DNA from: Macrostomum lignano
Taxonomy: Eukaryota
DNA length: 64,000 bases
NCBI GenBank assembly: GCA_002269645.1
Contig: NIVC01002353.1
Span: forward strand, 117,575-181,574
Reading direction: 5' to 3'
Shown here: positions 22,401 through 35,227 of the stretch, piece after piece
Layout of the letters: every line of letters begins with the position of its first letter
Position numbering within the stretch: position 1 is the stretch's first letter
Position numbers and translations under genes: made by a program
Notes under the pieces: generated by a model
Told to the model about the DNA's origin: nothing
What the model saw: only the letters and a program-made list of their open reading frames with translations
Database searches by the model: none

Positions 22401-23329
22401 TCAGCTATCAGGAAAATATTCAGTCAGTCTAACAATACAAATACAAAACATTTTAATAATTTTTATTGTGACAAATGTTTCAAATAATTTTATAACAATT
22501 TTGGCAAGTTCACATTTTTATAGTTAAAAATACAGAGAGCTTGCATGCATGGCAGCCATCTATCCAGTGTCAAAATTTTATGCACAGCAACCACAACCAC
22601 ATTGCTTCTGCATCTTAACTTACTTATTATACATATAACATGTCATATGTTCAAAATATTGGAAATTAATATTTGAATTAACAAAAAAGCTATGAATTAA
22701 GATTATATTGTAGGCCTACATAGGATGAAACAAGTAATAAATTATTAAATGAGTTTAGAGAATAGGGCCTAGCAATATGCAGATGCAGATTTGAGGGAAA
22801 GAGTCCAATTTGCAATTTGCTTTATTATCCATCTGCCAGTTGCCATGCACACAATTAAATACTAGGTAGAGAGCTGCCATGTATGCAATTTAAACATTAT
22901 GTGGATAGCTGCCATACACACAATTCAAATACTGGGTAGATGGCTGTTGTGTATGCAAGCTCTCCAAAAATATTGTAACTTTTGTAGTGGACACATGTAC
23001 TTTTGACAGAGCCAGCCACTGCTGCTCAAACTGTCTATGGCCCAAATAAACTCGAGCCATAAAAGGCCCAGCCACAGCACTTTATTAAAACTAAAGACAA
23101 GCGGTCTTCATCTCGCCGCACGCGAGCCGCTTCACTTACTTAGTTATATAAGTAGTTATATAGTTAATAAGTTATATATAGATTATAGTGCTATTTCAGA
23201 AGAGTGCAAAAAATTTGCTATTTTTTGGAGTTTTTAGATATAACTAGCAATCTTTGCCCCCCCCCCCAATAGGAGACATCTGGATAGAATCTTTGTTCTT
23301 TACAAGTAACAAATAGACAACAAAAGACA

Positions 23330-24230
23330 ATAGACATTTCCTCTAAAAAGAAAACATCCCAAGACAGCAAACATCCCTAGACAGCATGCAAACATCCCCC
23401 AAATAAGTATCCCATAGTAAGCATTCCCTAGACTGCAAGTATCTCCCAGATAGCAAGCCTCCCCCCCCCCAAATACAATAGCAAGCACCCCCAAATACAA
23501 TAGCAAGAAGCATCTTCTAGATAACAAGAATCATTTAGCTAGATAGCAACCCCTCCCCCTAAGATAGCAAATACCCCCCCCCCCTGAGAGCAAGCCTCTT
23601 GCTTTCCCAATCAAGCATCCCCAGATAGCATGCAAGCATCCCCCAGATAGCAAGAATCCTCCCAGATAGCAAGAATCCTCCTAGATAGCAAGCATCCCTG
23701 TATACAAAGAATCCTTATAGATAGCTATAGCAACCCCCTCTCAGATAGAAAGTACCCTCTACCCTGGGAGCAAGCATCCTCTAATATTAAGTTATCCCAG
23801 ATAGCAAGCATCCTTCCAATAGCAAGCATCCCCTAATAGCAATAATCTATCCTTAAATAGCAAGCATCCACTAAGACAACAAGTAGCTAATGCAATAATA
23901 TCCTTAGCTTTATAGTGGCTCCCTTATGTTTGGCATGAAGCTTCTTTTTACATTTGAAATAGTGTCTCTTTTATGTTCGACATAGTGGCTCTTTAATTTT
24001 TGACATGGTGCCTCTTCTATGTTTGACATGGTGGCTTTTTTGTGTTTGACATGATAGCTCTTTAATGTTTGACATGGAGTCATATATATGCTTGACATGG
24101 TGGCTCTTTTATGTTTGATATGGTAGCTCTTTTATGTCTGACATGGTGGCTCTTTAATGTTTGACATGGTGGCTCTATAATATTTGACATGGTGCCATTT
24201 TTATATTTAACATTGCGCTTATTTTATGTC
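23330..24230. repeat. Two adjacent degenerate tandem arrays (CCCAGATAGCAAGCATCC-like, then TTTGACATGGTGGCTCTTT-like)
   Basis: Recurrent TAGCAA motif about 23330-23900 and TTGACATGG motif about 23910-24200. Confidence 0.7.
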
Positions 24231-24280
24231 TAGCATTTTGTGTTTTTAATGCATTTTAATAAAAGAAGTTTTTTTACACT

Positions 24281-24340
24281 ACTAAGATTCAAACCCAGGT
24301 TGCTACATTAGGAGTCTAGTCTGTTCGCATTGAGGCTATC
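24281..24340 (-). mobile_element. Degenerate tRNA-like/SINE-head remnant
   Basis: The - strand reads A-box-like TAGCCTCAATG and B-box-like GGGTTTGAATC at tRNA spacing. No intact cloverleaf. Confidence 0.3.
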
Positions 24341-25870
24341 TCTTTTCAATTGGAGAACATGAATTGTGGCCCTTATAATTCAATACTTTCAGCAAGTCAG
24401 TTAGAGTAAAAAGTTATGACATAATCAATTTCTCAGTCAGCCAATATCAGTCTCAATTTAAGTTAGCAATATGGTTACGCAATTTCAATCAAGTCTTGTG
24501 CGCATTTCTTCAACACTGTTTTCAACTTGTTGTGATGTAATCCCTATCACAATCAGAATTCAGTCAGTCAGTTTTTTCTCTAGCATTCTTACAATGCATT
24601 TCAGGTCGAAAGAGCTGCTTGAACTTTGCAAAAAGCATGTTTTTTGAATATTTAATCCCTTTAAAATTGAGCAATTTCTTAGCCAAGATGCATGTACCAT
24701 CCCAGGAAAATTTCTGATTAAATGGTGCAAGTTTGAAGAAAATTGGTTGAGCTGTTTTTTCTCTAATCAATCAGGGATCACATAGCTACATACATACACA
24801 CAGATAACTCATTTTTAGGATATAGGACGCTAATTTTTCATATGATAAATCTTTGAAAAATAAGCTTTTATTCGACACCAAAAAATGCTAATTAGGTTCA
24901 TTATTAATTAATGAAGGACTTTTTTGTAATTTATGCAATTGTTTGGTGCCCAAAAATTAAGTAACTTAATTCAAATTCATGTAAAATAATTTTTTGCTTA
25001 ATAAAATACTCCCATATGCCAAAAACAAAGTTAATCCTAGGAATTAAACATTTTTCATAATATTTTATTTGATCAATGTTTTCTAAGAAACCAATGCTAC
25101 TTAAATTTATGGTTATACCTATTTTTTCAACCTTCTTTGCATTGCCTAGAAATTGAGACAAAGAACTATTTTCACTAGATTTAATTTTTGTATTAAAAAC
25201 ATTCTAGGCAATAAACCTGTGCTTGTATGTAAAATTTTAGGCTTATATTTCCAATATAGACAAAACAAAGATTTTTTGCACTATACTGAAATTAGACCTA
25301 GATTTCTAGGGGCTTATACAACTATATACAATAAAACATCTAGAACAAGTAAGTGCCCCAAATTAGTATAGATTGAGAAAATAAGTATACAATGTTGTCT
25401 ATGACATTTTTATAATTTGAACTTATATTTATAACTCTCAATAGTAAGTAGGTTGTATTTTGGACTTTAGATAATATATATGTACACTAACATTTCTTGG
25501 ATTTTTTAAAGCTTATAATAAAGCATTTAAACAAACCTTTGTATGTATTGATTTTCTGCTATAAATAATATTGTCAAAAAAGAAAAAAATCAATAAAATT
25601 ATTTGCTAAATAGGGTCTAACATGCAATCAAAAATGGTCATTTATTCTCACAATGTAAAAAGAGTCATTTATTGTTGTAACTCTAGCAAGGTAATTGCCA
25701 GTAAAGTAAAAGATTATCCATAAATTGTAGACTGATTAAAAGTTGATATGACAAAGGCTACCAATTGATTCCATCTAAATATCTATTGAAATTATGCATT
25801 GTTTGACTAGCATATGACAAGAATTTTTAGTAACAAAAAATAAAATTCATCTCATTTTTGCAGCAACCAC

Positions 25871-28800
25871 ATGAGCAATAAAAAGTTTCAAGAATTCATA
25901 AAACAGCTGGATGGCCTCTGGGAGGTAAGCTAGAACTACTCATTGTCTAAGTGCTGCATATTATATTAATTCTGGGATCAGCAGCCAACTGTAACTCCCC
26001 ATCTGCTTGCAGATTAACAAAGTGAAGTTCAAAGAGGAGTTTGTCAGCACTGAGGCAAAGAGTGGCCTGCATCAATTTGAGTAAGTCGCTGCCTTGAGTA
26101 GGTCAGTGAGACACTGAAGTTAATCAATGTAGTTATTAAGTGTTTTGCTATTATTTTTGTATCACTAATAAGATGATGAGGCATTTGCATTATCTGACGA
26201 TGAGTATAGTTACTCTTGCCATTTACCCACGGCATTGGTAGCATACGAGCGTATTTTATAAGCAATTATCTGCACTATTGTGCACTGCTCAAAATTGGTG
26301 GTTTGGATCACTACTGCTATCTGTCTTTTTAACACCATTCTTGCCTTTTAATAAGATTCAGAAAGATAATTCCCATGCAGCCTTCGGTTGATCTTCTCAT
26401 TAGCCTCCATCATCATGCCTCTATCATATAATCCCCATCATATCTATGCCCATGTATCCCATCATATCTATGCCCATGTATCCCATCATATCTATGCCCA
26501 TGTATCCCCATCATATATCCCTATCATGATTTATCCTCATCATAAGCCTCCATCACATATATCCAATCACATATCCCCACATCATCATGTATCTCCCCCT
26601 CTCATCGCAGGCACCTGAAGGACCCCGACTGGCGCGTGAGTTTCCGCGAGACTCCGTCGGGCTGGTCGGTGCAGTGGTTCCCGCCGGCCGGCGACTCCGA
26701 CGAGGCCCGGGGCGCGCCGCCGCCGGGCTCGGAGCTGTGCCGCCTGTTCGAGCTCACCCAGCTCGACCTGGAGGAGGCCGGCCCCGAGGTGGTCCGCAGC
26801 CGGGCCAAATTCGCAGCCGTCTTTTCCAGCGCCGACCGCGAGGTGTCCGCGCCGGCCAAGTTCATCTGCGAGAAGAAGACCGGCCGGCAGCTGCCTAAGA
26901 AGCTGCGGTTCCAGTTCGGCTCGCTGCAGATCACTAAGGTGAGCAACCTGTGCACCACGTCTCCGCCTCACTGGGTTGCTGGGACCCAGCCTCATGGGTC
27001 ACATAGTGGGATTTCCCCAGCCTCTATAAGTCACGGGGTGGTATTTCCCCATCCTCTATAAGTCACGGGGTGGTATTTCCCCATCCTCTATGAGTCACGG
27101 AGTGGTATTTCCCCAACGGAGTGGTATTTTCCCAGCCTCTATGAGTCACGGAGTGGAATTTCCCCAGCCTCTATGAGTCACGGAGTGGTATTTCCCCAGC
27201 CTGTATGAGTCACGGAGTGGAATTTCCCCAGCCTCTATGAGTCACGGAGTGGGATTTTCCCAGCCTCTAGGGAAATACAGAGTGGGATTTCCCCAGCATG
27301 GCTATGAGTCACGGAGTGGGATTTTCCAGCCTCTATGAGTCCGGAGTGGTATTTCCCAGCCTCTATGAATCACGTAGTGGGATTTCCCAGCCTCTATGAG
27401 TCACGGCGTGGGATTTCCCCAGCCTCTATGAGTCACGGAGTGGGATTTTCCCAGCCTCTATGAGTCACGTAGTGAGATTTCCCCAGCCTCTATGAGTCAC
27501 GGAGTGGGATTTTCCCAGCCTCTATGAGTCACGGAGTGGGATTTCCCCAGCCTCTATGAGTCACGGCGTGGAATTTCCCCAGCCTCTAGGGAAATACGGA
27601 GTGGGATTTCCCCAGCATGGCTATGAGTCACGGAGCCTTCCATACCCAAGCGACCGTAAATAATCAGAGTTTTTCACCGCTGCTCGGGAGTAGCCAGTTG
27701 CGAACTTGTACTTTAAACCTTACAAATTTCGATTCTCTCGCCCATCCCGCCTGCCCTTAGCTGAGCCGCTGCCTTCCCGCCTACAGCGACTGTGCGGTGT
27801 CGCTTCTGCCGCTGCTTGAGGAGCGGTTCCGCTGCGACCTCACCCTGCGCGGCTCAAACGGCAGCGAGTTTAGTTGCCATGGCGACGTGATCCGCCTCGT
27901 TGCCGGGGACGCCGCCCTGGCTTGGCTGCAGCAGCCGCCCGGCCGCGACCCGCAGCTGCTGCGCGTCTTCCTGCATTTCTGCTACGCCGCCGCTCTGCCG
28001 CAGGGCCTCGGCGCCGAAGAGTCTCGCGAGCTGATGGAGCTGGCCCAGCCTCTTGCCTGCCCTGCCTTCCGAGCGGCTCTAAAGCGGCACCTGCGGCGGG
28101 CCGGAAGCAGCGCCCGCGTGGCCAGGGAGCTGCAGGCTACTGAGACTGCGCTGGCCCGCCACATCGATGTGAGAGGGCTGCCGTTGATACCCCTGCTTGT
28201 CTGTTTTGGTCACTGGATCCCCCCTTGAGCCAGTTAGTCACTGGATCCGCCCCCTGAGCCAGTTAGTCACTGAATCCGCCCCCTGAGCCAGTTAGTCACT
28301 GAATCCGCCCCCTGAGCCAGTTAGTCACTGAATCCGCCCCTAAGCCAGTTAGTCACTGGATCCGCCCCCTGAGCCAGTCAGTCACTGAATCCGCCCCCTG
28401 AGCCAGTTAGTCACTAGATCCGCCCCCTGAGCCAGTCAGTCACTGAATCCGCCCCCTAAGCCAGTTAGTCACTGAATCCGCCCCCTGAGCGAGTTAGTCA
28501 CTGAATCCGCCCCCTGAGCCAGTCAGTCACTGAATCCGCCCCCTGAGCCAGTTAGTCACTGAATCCGCCCCCTGAGCCAGTCAGTCACTGAATCCGCCCC
28601 TGAGCCAGTTAGTTAGTCACTAGATCCGCCCCCTGAGCCAGTTAGTCACTGAATCCGCCCCCTGAGCCAGTTAGTCACTGAATCCGCCCCCTGAGCCAGT
28701 TAGTCACTGAATCCGCCCCCCTGAGCCAGTTAGTCACTGAATCCGCCCCCTGAGCTAGTTAGTCACTGAATCCGCCCCCTGAGCCAGTCAGTCACTGGAT

Positions 28801-31800
28801 CCGCCCCCTGAGCCAGTTAGTCACTGAATCCGCCCCCTGAGCCAGTTAGTCACCGGATCCGCCCCCCATCCGGCCCAGGACCTGCGGGATCCGTTCTCGC
28901 TGGCAGCGGAGCCGGGCCGCCTGGCCGGCCAGCTGGAGACCTTCCTGCGCGACTGCCTGGCCGCGGCGGCCCGCCTGCTGCTGTGCGCGGCCCTGTACGA
29001 GTCCATGCCTGGCGCTGAGCGGTCGCGGGTGCAGCAGCTGTTCCGGGACCGGGCCGGCCGCCTGGCCGAGTCGCAGGCGCAGCTGCTCCACCGGCTGCAC
29101 TCGGCGATGCGGGCGGTACCGGCCGAGCGGCGGGCCGAGCTGAGCCAGCTGTGCCTGGACCGGCTGGAGCCGCTGGCCTCCGGGCTGCTGGAGTGCGCGC
29201 TGCAGCTTGCGGACCTGCTGAGCTCCGGCTGCCGGCAGGGCCTCCTGAGCGGCGGCGGGGTGCTGCTGTTCAAGGACTGGCGGGCGCTGTTGTCCGCGCC
29301 TAAAAAGTGAGCACCTTTTGCAGTCAGGAGTTGGCTTGAATACCGTTAGCTGCAGTACCTTAATGAGGCTCAAGGGAGTTTTGAAATTATTGTAAAGAAT
29401 CTGCTCTCAATAGAATTTCGGAAGCGTCTCGCTACTACTATTAGTAGTTTCCTGCCTGGCATTTTAACCCCCTCTCAAACCCGCCGGCTGCAGGTGCTCC
29501 ACCCTCCGCACCCAGCTGGAGGCCATGCGCTCCGAGTACCGCCAGGCCGGGCCCGAGCGCCTGTCCGAGCTGTTCGACCACCTGCTGGCCGAGCTGGCCG
29601 GCCTGGACAACCGGCAGCGGCCGTCAGGTGGCGGCGCCAGCGGCGGTTTTCGCGTCTCCGCCCGCTGGGAGAAGCGCGCCAAGAAGGCGGCCAGGCGGGC
29701 CGGCCTGGCGGTGCGGCTGCTCCGCTCCGTGCGCGGCGAGCCGGCGGCTGCGGAGTTTTGGCGCCGTCTGGCCGCCTGCCTGCCGCGCGGCTGCCACGAG
29801 GCGCTCGGCCTGCTGCGCGAGCTCGCCCTGCTGCCGCCCGACTTCGCCGCTCCCGACGCCGCCGACTCTGCCGCGGTGGCCGCTTCTGATATGGACGCCG
29901 CGGCGGCCTCCGTCTCCGCCGTGTCTCTGGAGGAGGCCGAGGACGCGTCTGGCGCCTCCGCTTCCGCCACTGCGACTGCCGCTGCCGCTGTTATGCCCAG
30001 CGAGCTGCAGGTTCGTTTTGATGACCCTGCCTTGTTGCTAGGGCCTCTGGATATGAGATTTTTGCTAGGGTCTCTGGATGTGAGAGTGTTGCTAGGGTCT
30101 CTGGATGTGAGATTGTTGCTAGGGTCTCTGAAAATGGGATTGTTGCCAAGGCCTCTGGATATTGGATTGTTGCTAGGGTCTCTGGATGTGAGATTGTTGC
30201 TAGGGTCTCTGAAAATGGGATTGTTGCCAAGGCCTCTGGATATTGGATTGTTGCTAGGGTCTCTGGATGTGAGATTGTTGCTAGGGTCTCTGAAAATGGG
30301 ATTGTTGCCAAGGCCTCTGGATATTGGATTGTTGCTAGGGCCTCTGGATGTGAGATTGTTGCTAGGGGCTCTAAATGTGAAATTGTTGCTAGGGACTCTG
30401 GATGTGAGATTGTTGCTAGGGTCTCTGAAAATGGGATTGTTGCCAAGGCCTCTGGATATTGGATTGTTGCTAGGGTCTCTAGATGTGAGATTGTTGCTAG
30501 GGTCTCTGAAAATGGGATTGTTGCCAAGGCCTCTGGATATTGGATTTTTGCTAGGGCCTCTGGATGTGAGATTGTTGCTAGGGGCTCTAAATGTGAGATT
30601 GTTGCTAGGGTCTCTGAAAATGGGATTGTTGCCAAGGCCTCTGGATATTTGATTGTTGCTAGGGCCTCTGGATGTGAGATTGTTGCTAGGGGCTCTAAAT
30701 GTGAGATTGTTGCTAGGGGCTCTGGATGTGAGATTGTTGCTAGGTTCTCTGAAAATGGGATTGTTGCCAAGGCCTCTGGATATTGGATTGTTGCTAGGGC
30801 CTCTGGATGTGAGATTGTTGCTATGGGCTCTAAATGTGAGATTGTTGCTAGGGTCTCTATATATGGGATTGTTGCTAAGGCCTCTGGAAATGGGGTTGCA
30901 GCTAAGGAACTCTTTAAGTGCCAGGGCATTGTCATTAGGGACATTCGAAAGAGGATCACTATATGGTACTAGAGTGAGGGTTATGAAAGCTGTAGAGGAC
31001 AATGTTGATTTTGAAGCACTAAAAAGAATTGTTTCTAGACAAATTGAATATTACGCTCGTATATCCCGTTCCTCACTCCTCAGCTGTGCCTGACCCGACT
31101 GTGGCGCGGCGAGCTGTCCCAGCCAGCTCCCGACCTGCTGGTGACGACCTGCGACGAGCGCAGCTTCCGCGTGCACTCGCTGGTGCTGGCGGGCCGCTGC
31201 CCCTGGATTCGGCGGGTGCTGCAGTCCGGCATGTGCGAAGCGCTGGAGCGGCACCTGCGGCTGCCGGACTGCGAGGGGCCGCTGGTTGAGCGGCTGCTGG
31301 AGTTTCTGTACACTGGCGTGCTGCCGGTGGGGAGGACGCCTCCACGGACTGGCTGGTGCGGCTGGGGATGCCAGGGCTGGACTGGGGAGTTTTCAGCCTC
31401 TGGCAGGCTGCAATAGTGTGACCACTAATAGGATAGTCATACTTGAGCACATTTGGTTGCTAAGGAAGTTTCTAATAGGTTCAAGGGAACCATCCTTGGT
31501 TGCTAGGGACGACAACCCCTGGTTTCATACAGAGGCGCCGTCCGTGAGTGCTAGAGGTGCCACACTGGTTGCTAGGGACGCACACTGGTTGCTAGGATCG
31601 CACTGGTTGCTAGGGGCGCACACTGGTTGCTAGGGGCGCACACTGGCACACTGGGTCACCACTCTGAGTTCCAGTGCTCTTCAATTAATTGGGGCACACT
31701 GAATTGGTTGCTAGGGCCGCCCCTTGGTTGCTAGGGTCGCCACTCTGTTTAAGATTGCTTGATGCAATGATGGTTGATTTTTGCTGTCCCTCAACCGCAG

Positions 31801-32113
31801 GTGGACATGCTGCTGCTGGCCGACCGGTTCGAGCTGGAGCGCCTGTCGAAGATCTGCGCCAGCGCCCTGGTGGCCCGGGTCGGCTTCGAGACCGCCGTGC
31901 CGCTGCTGGCGCTGGGCGAGCGGACCGGCCAGGCAGCGCTGATGGATGCCGCCTTCGACTTCCTTCAGCGGAACATCAACGCCGTGTCCGTTGACGATGT
32001 GAGTCTGGGTGCGAGCTGATGGCCGAGTGACAGGCTGATGACCGAGTGACAGGCTGATGGTCGAGTGACAAGTTGATATATAGGAGTGACAGGCTGATGG
32101 TCGAGTGACGGAT

Positions 32114-32148
<35 letters not shown>

Positions 32149-32578
32149 AGTGTCGGGCTGATACAAGAGTGACAGGCTGATACGAGTATAAGAATGAAAA
32201 GCTGATATAGAGGAGTAACAGGCTGATATAGGAGTGACAGGCTGATATAAAGGAGTGACAGGCTGATATATAGGAGTGACAGGCTGACATCAGGGTGACA
32301 GATACCAGCGTGCCAATGTGTCCCGCACCCCGCAGCTCGGCCAGCTCAGCCAGGCCCTCCGAGACCGCCTGACGCAGACCGAGTCGGCCGGCAGCCAAGA
32401 CGGCAGCAGCGCGGACTCAGAGCAGCTCTGGTCGACCCTGCCACGCGACAACTTCGAAGAGAAGTTGGGCGAATTCCGCGCCATCGTTGGTCCGGAGCCG
32501 TCGGACAGCGTGCTGCTGGACTTGCTGGTCACGGCCGACGGAGACCTGAACCGGGCCCTGAACTACTACCTGTCTTGA
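25871..32578 (+). CDS. Tandem-BTB (BTB ... BTB-BACK) protein with C-terminal UBA/CUE-like domain. 9 exons (25871-25924, 26013-26080, 26611-26938, 27761-28168, 28879-29306, 29494-30010, 31084-31326, 31801-31998, 32336-32578), about 828 aa
   Basis: All eight introns are GT-AG with matching phases. BTB signatures CDLTLRGSNGSEFSCH...LRVFLHFCY and DLLVTTCDERSFRVHSLVLAGRCPW...LLEFLYTG...LLLADRFELERLSKIC. C-terminus FRAIVG...LLDLLVTADGDLNRALNYYL is UBA-like. Confidence 0.85.
26990..27640. repeat. Intronic minisatellite, 32-33 bp unit GAGTCACGGAGTGGGATTTCCCCAGCCTCTAT, about 20 copies
   Basis: Direct tandem array in BTB gene intron 3. Confidence 0.92.
28222..28866. repeat. Intronic minisatellite, 29-bp unit GAGCCAGTTAGTCACTGAATCCGCCCCCT, about 22 copies
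   Basis: Tandem array whose last copy runs into the acceptor at 28878. Confidence 0.95.
30030..30900. repeat. Intronic 27-bp minisatellite with 3-4-unit higher-order structure (TGTTGCTAGGG... core)
   Basis: Alternating units ...CTCTGGATGTGAGAT, ...CTCTGAAAATGGGAT and TGTTGCCAAGGCCTCTGGATATTGGAT. Confidence 0.92.
32020..32300. repeat. Intronic degenerate GAGTGACAGGCTGATA repeats with an embedded (TA)n microsatellite near 32116-32145
   Basis: Directly visible. Confidence 0.85.
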
Positions 32579-33625
32579 ACCACTTCCTGTCCTGAACTAC
32601 TTACTACCTGACCTGAACTATTACCTGTCCTGAACTACTTACTACCTGACCTGAACTATTACCTGTCCTGAACTATTACCTGTCCTGAACTATTACCTGT
32701 CCTGAACTATTACCTGTCCTGAACTATTACCTGTCCTGAACTATTACCTGTCCTGAACTATTACCTGTCCTGAACTACTACCTGTCCTGAACTACTACCT
32801 GTCCTGATCTATTACCTGTCCTGATCTATTACCTGTCCTGATCTATTACCTGTCCTGAACTACTACCTGTCCTGAACTATTACCTGTCCTGATCTATTAC
32901 CTGTCCTGAACTATTACCTGTCCTGATCTATTACCTGTCCTGATCTATTACCTGTCCTGATCTATTACCTGTCCTGATCTATTACCTGTCCTGAACTATT
33001 ACCTGTCCTGAACTACTACCTGTCTTGAACTATTACCTGTCCTGAACTACTACCTGTCCTGATCTATTACCTGTCCTAATCTATTACCTGTCCTGATCTA
33101 TTACCTGTCCTGATCTATTACCTGTCCTGAACTATTACCTGTCCTGATCTATTACCTGTCCTGAACTATTACCTGTCCTGATCTATTACCTGTCCTGATC
33201 TATTACCTGTCCTGATCTATTACCTGTCCTGATCTATTACCTGTCCTGATCTATTACCTGTCCTGAACCACTCTCTGTCCTGATCTATTACCTGTCCTGA
33301 ACTACTACCTGTCTTGAACCACTTCCTGTCCTGAACTACTTACTACCTGACCTGAACTATTACCTGTCCTGAACCACTCTCTGTCCTGATCTATTACCTG
33401 TCCTGAACCACTTCCTGTCCTGATCTATTACCTGTCCTGAACCACTTCCTGTCCTGATCTATTACCTGTCCTGAACCACTTCCTGTCCTGATCTATTACC
33501 TGTCCTGAACCACTTCCTGTCCTGATCTATTACCTGTCCTGAACCACTTTCTGTCCTGATCTATTACCTGTCCTGAACCAGTTCCTGTCCTGATCCGGGT
33601 CCTGGACTACTTCTACCTGTCCTGA
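32579..33625. repeat. 17-bp minisatellite CTGAACTATTACCTGTC immediately after the BTB stop codon, about 60 copies
   Basis: The unit matches the last codons CTGAACTACTACCTGTC-TTGA. Confidence 0.95.
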
Positions 33626-34927
33626 GACCGCCTCCTCCTGTTTCTCATCGCCTTTTCATAGAATTGATTGCTGTTTGGAATATTTCCCACGTGGCTTCGC
33701 CAAGCTATCTTTTGTGCGCGCCTGTTGTACTTTCATAATTATGTGTACTTTTATAGACATATTCTGAGGCATAATGAGCGCAGCTGTCTGCGCGACAATG
33801 AAGCTCTTTCCAATAGAAGCTGCGCGATCCATTGCTGGTTTTATTGGTGATTAAAGCAAGCCCCACGCCTACCGGTGCGCAACTTGGTGACGGGTGAGAA
33901 AATTTGGCCTGTCATTTGCTATTTATGCTACTTGTAAGTAACAGATGCTGCAAATTGTTTTGTTGCTGCGGGCGGTTTGGCTTCTTAAGCACTGGCCAGT
34001 TCTCGGGCTTCTGCCGTGCAAATCAGTTCTATTTTTGTGATATGGGAAATCTTGTTTTCTGATCTGTCTGGCAAAGAATTGCTTATATTCTGGAGTCCAC
34101 ATCGAGTAATGCGTTCTGATTCTGATGTACTTTCTGATTAATCCCTGGCTAGTATTTTCGCAGTTGCTTGAGCCTTTTTCTGTAGAATCTCGTCAGTCGG
34201 ATCTCTAGGTGATGCTTGATATGATGCCTAATATCTACCTGAGTTTGCCAGTACCAATGCGGACGCAAATCTCTATACACTTATTTTTGCTGCTATCCAG
34301 TGCGTCTGTAAGCATGCTTTGTAACTGCTGCAATATTATAATATAATGCTTATTGTGTCAGATACTGTATAGCTCTGCTCTCAACAACACAAACCTTACT
34401 ACCGATTTTGTTTTATTCTTATTTTATTTTACCCGTGTTAAGTGGCTGCCAGTCTCAGTTTCTCGATTGATAGAAGTCATTCTCCCAGCAATGTTAAGGG
34501 CTGTTTTCATTGACGTATTTTGAAGTAATACGAATTATACATTTGAACTTCTCGAGTAAAGAAGTTCTTATGGCAAACTGCTGCAAATAGAAGTGGCCTT
34601 AAAACCCTAACAGAATTAGGCTAAAAATAGAATGGTAGAAGATCGTTAAGGTACTTTGCTCGGGCCCAATATATTATACGAGGCAGTACGGGGCAAATAT
34701 TTCCTAGTCAAGCTCTCAGCGAAAATAATTTTGAGCAAAAAAAATTTCTGAAGGTCATTCATGAAGTAGAAAGAAATAATGGATAAAAAAATCTGGATTG
34801 ATCCTGGTTCTAGTATAGATAAGTACTAGCAATCTACGCCCCCGTTGGGGAGCCTAAGAAATGCAATACACGTTTTTTAAAAAGCTACATGTAGCCTTGA
34901 AATCTTAAAAAATCTCCTGTCAAACTT

Positions 34928-35227
34928 CTAACCCTAACCCTAACCCTAACCATAACCCTAAATTTAATATTTGTCTATGAGTTTTTGCATGATGCTTCTA
35001 TGATTTATTGCATAACGCTTCCATTATTTTTTGCATGACGCTTCCATGATTTTTCGCATGACGCTTCCATTATTTTTGCATGACGCTTCTATGATAAACA
35101 TTTTCAATAAGCTACATGAGCTAAGTTATAAGCTACCCTAACCCTAGCCCTAACCCGAATCTTAACGCTATAACCCTGAACCTAACGCTAAACCTAAACC
35201 CTAACACCAACCCTAACACTAACCCTA
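34928..35227. repeat. Degenerate interstitial (CCCTAA)n-like tracts flanking short GCATGACGCTTC repeats
   Basis: CTAACCCTAACCCTAACCCTAACCATAACCCTA at 34928-34960 and degenerate copies at 35135-35227. Confidence 0.7.

Noticed and set aside
27873-27886. X-box-like GTTGCCATGGCGAC as a regulatory site
   Set aside because: It lies inside a BTB coding exon (S-C-H-G-D) and is explainable by protein constraint.
29464-31002. 512-aa and 322-aa minus-strand ORFs and the Leu-rich tail of ORF 29525-30652
   Set aside because: These arise from a stop-free 27-bp intronic minisatellite and the antisense of a GC-rich exon; a good donor at 30010 removes the array.
34928-34960. True telomere or chromosome end
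   Set aside because: Short, degenerate and flanked by genes on both sides.
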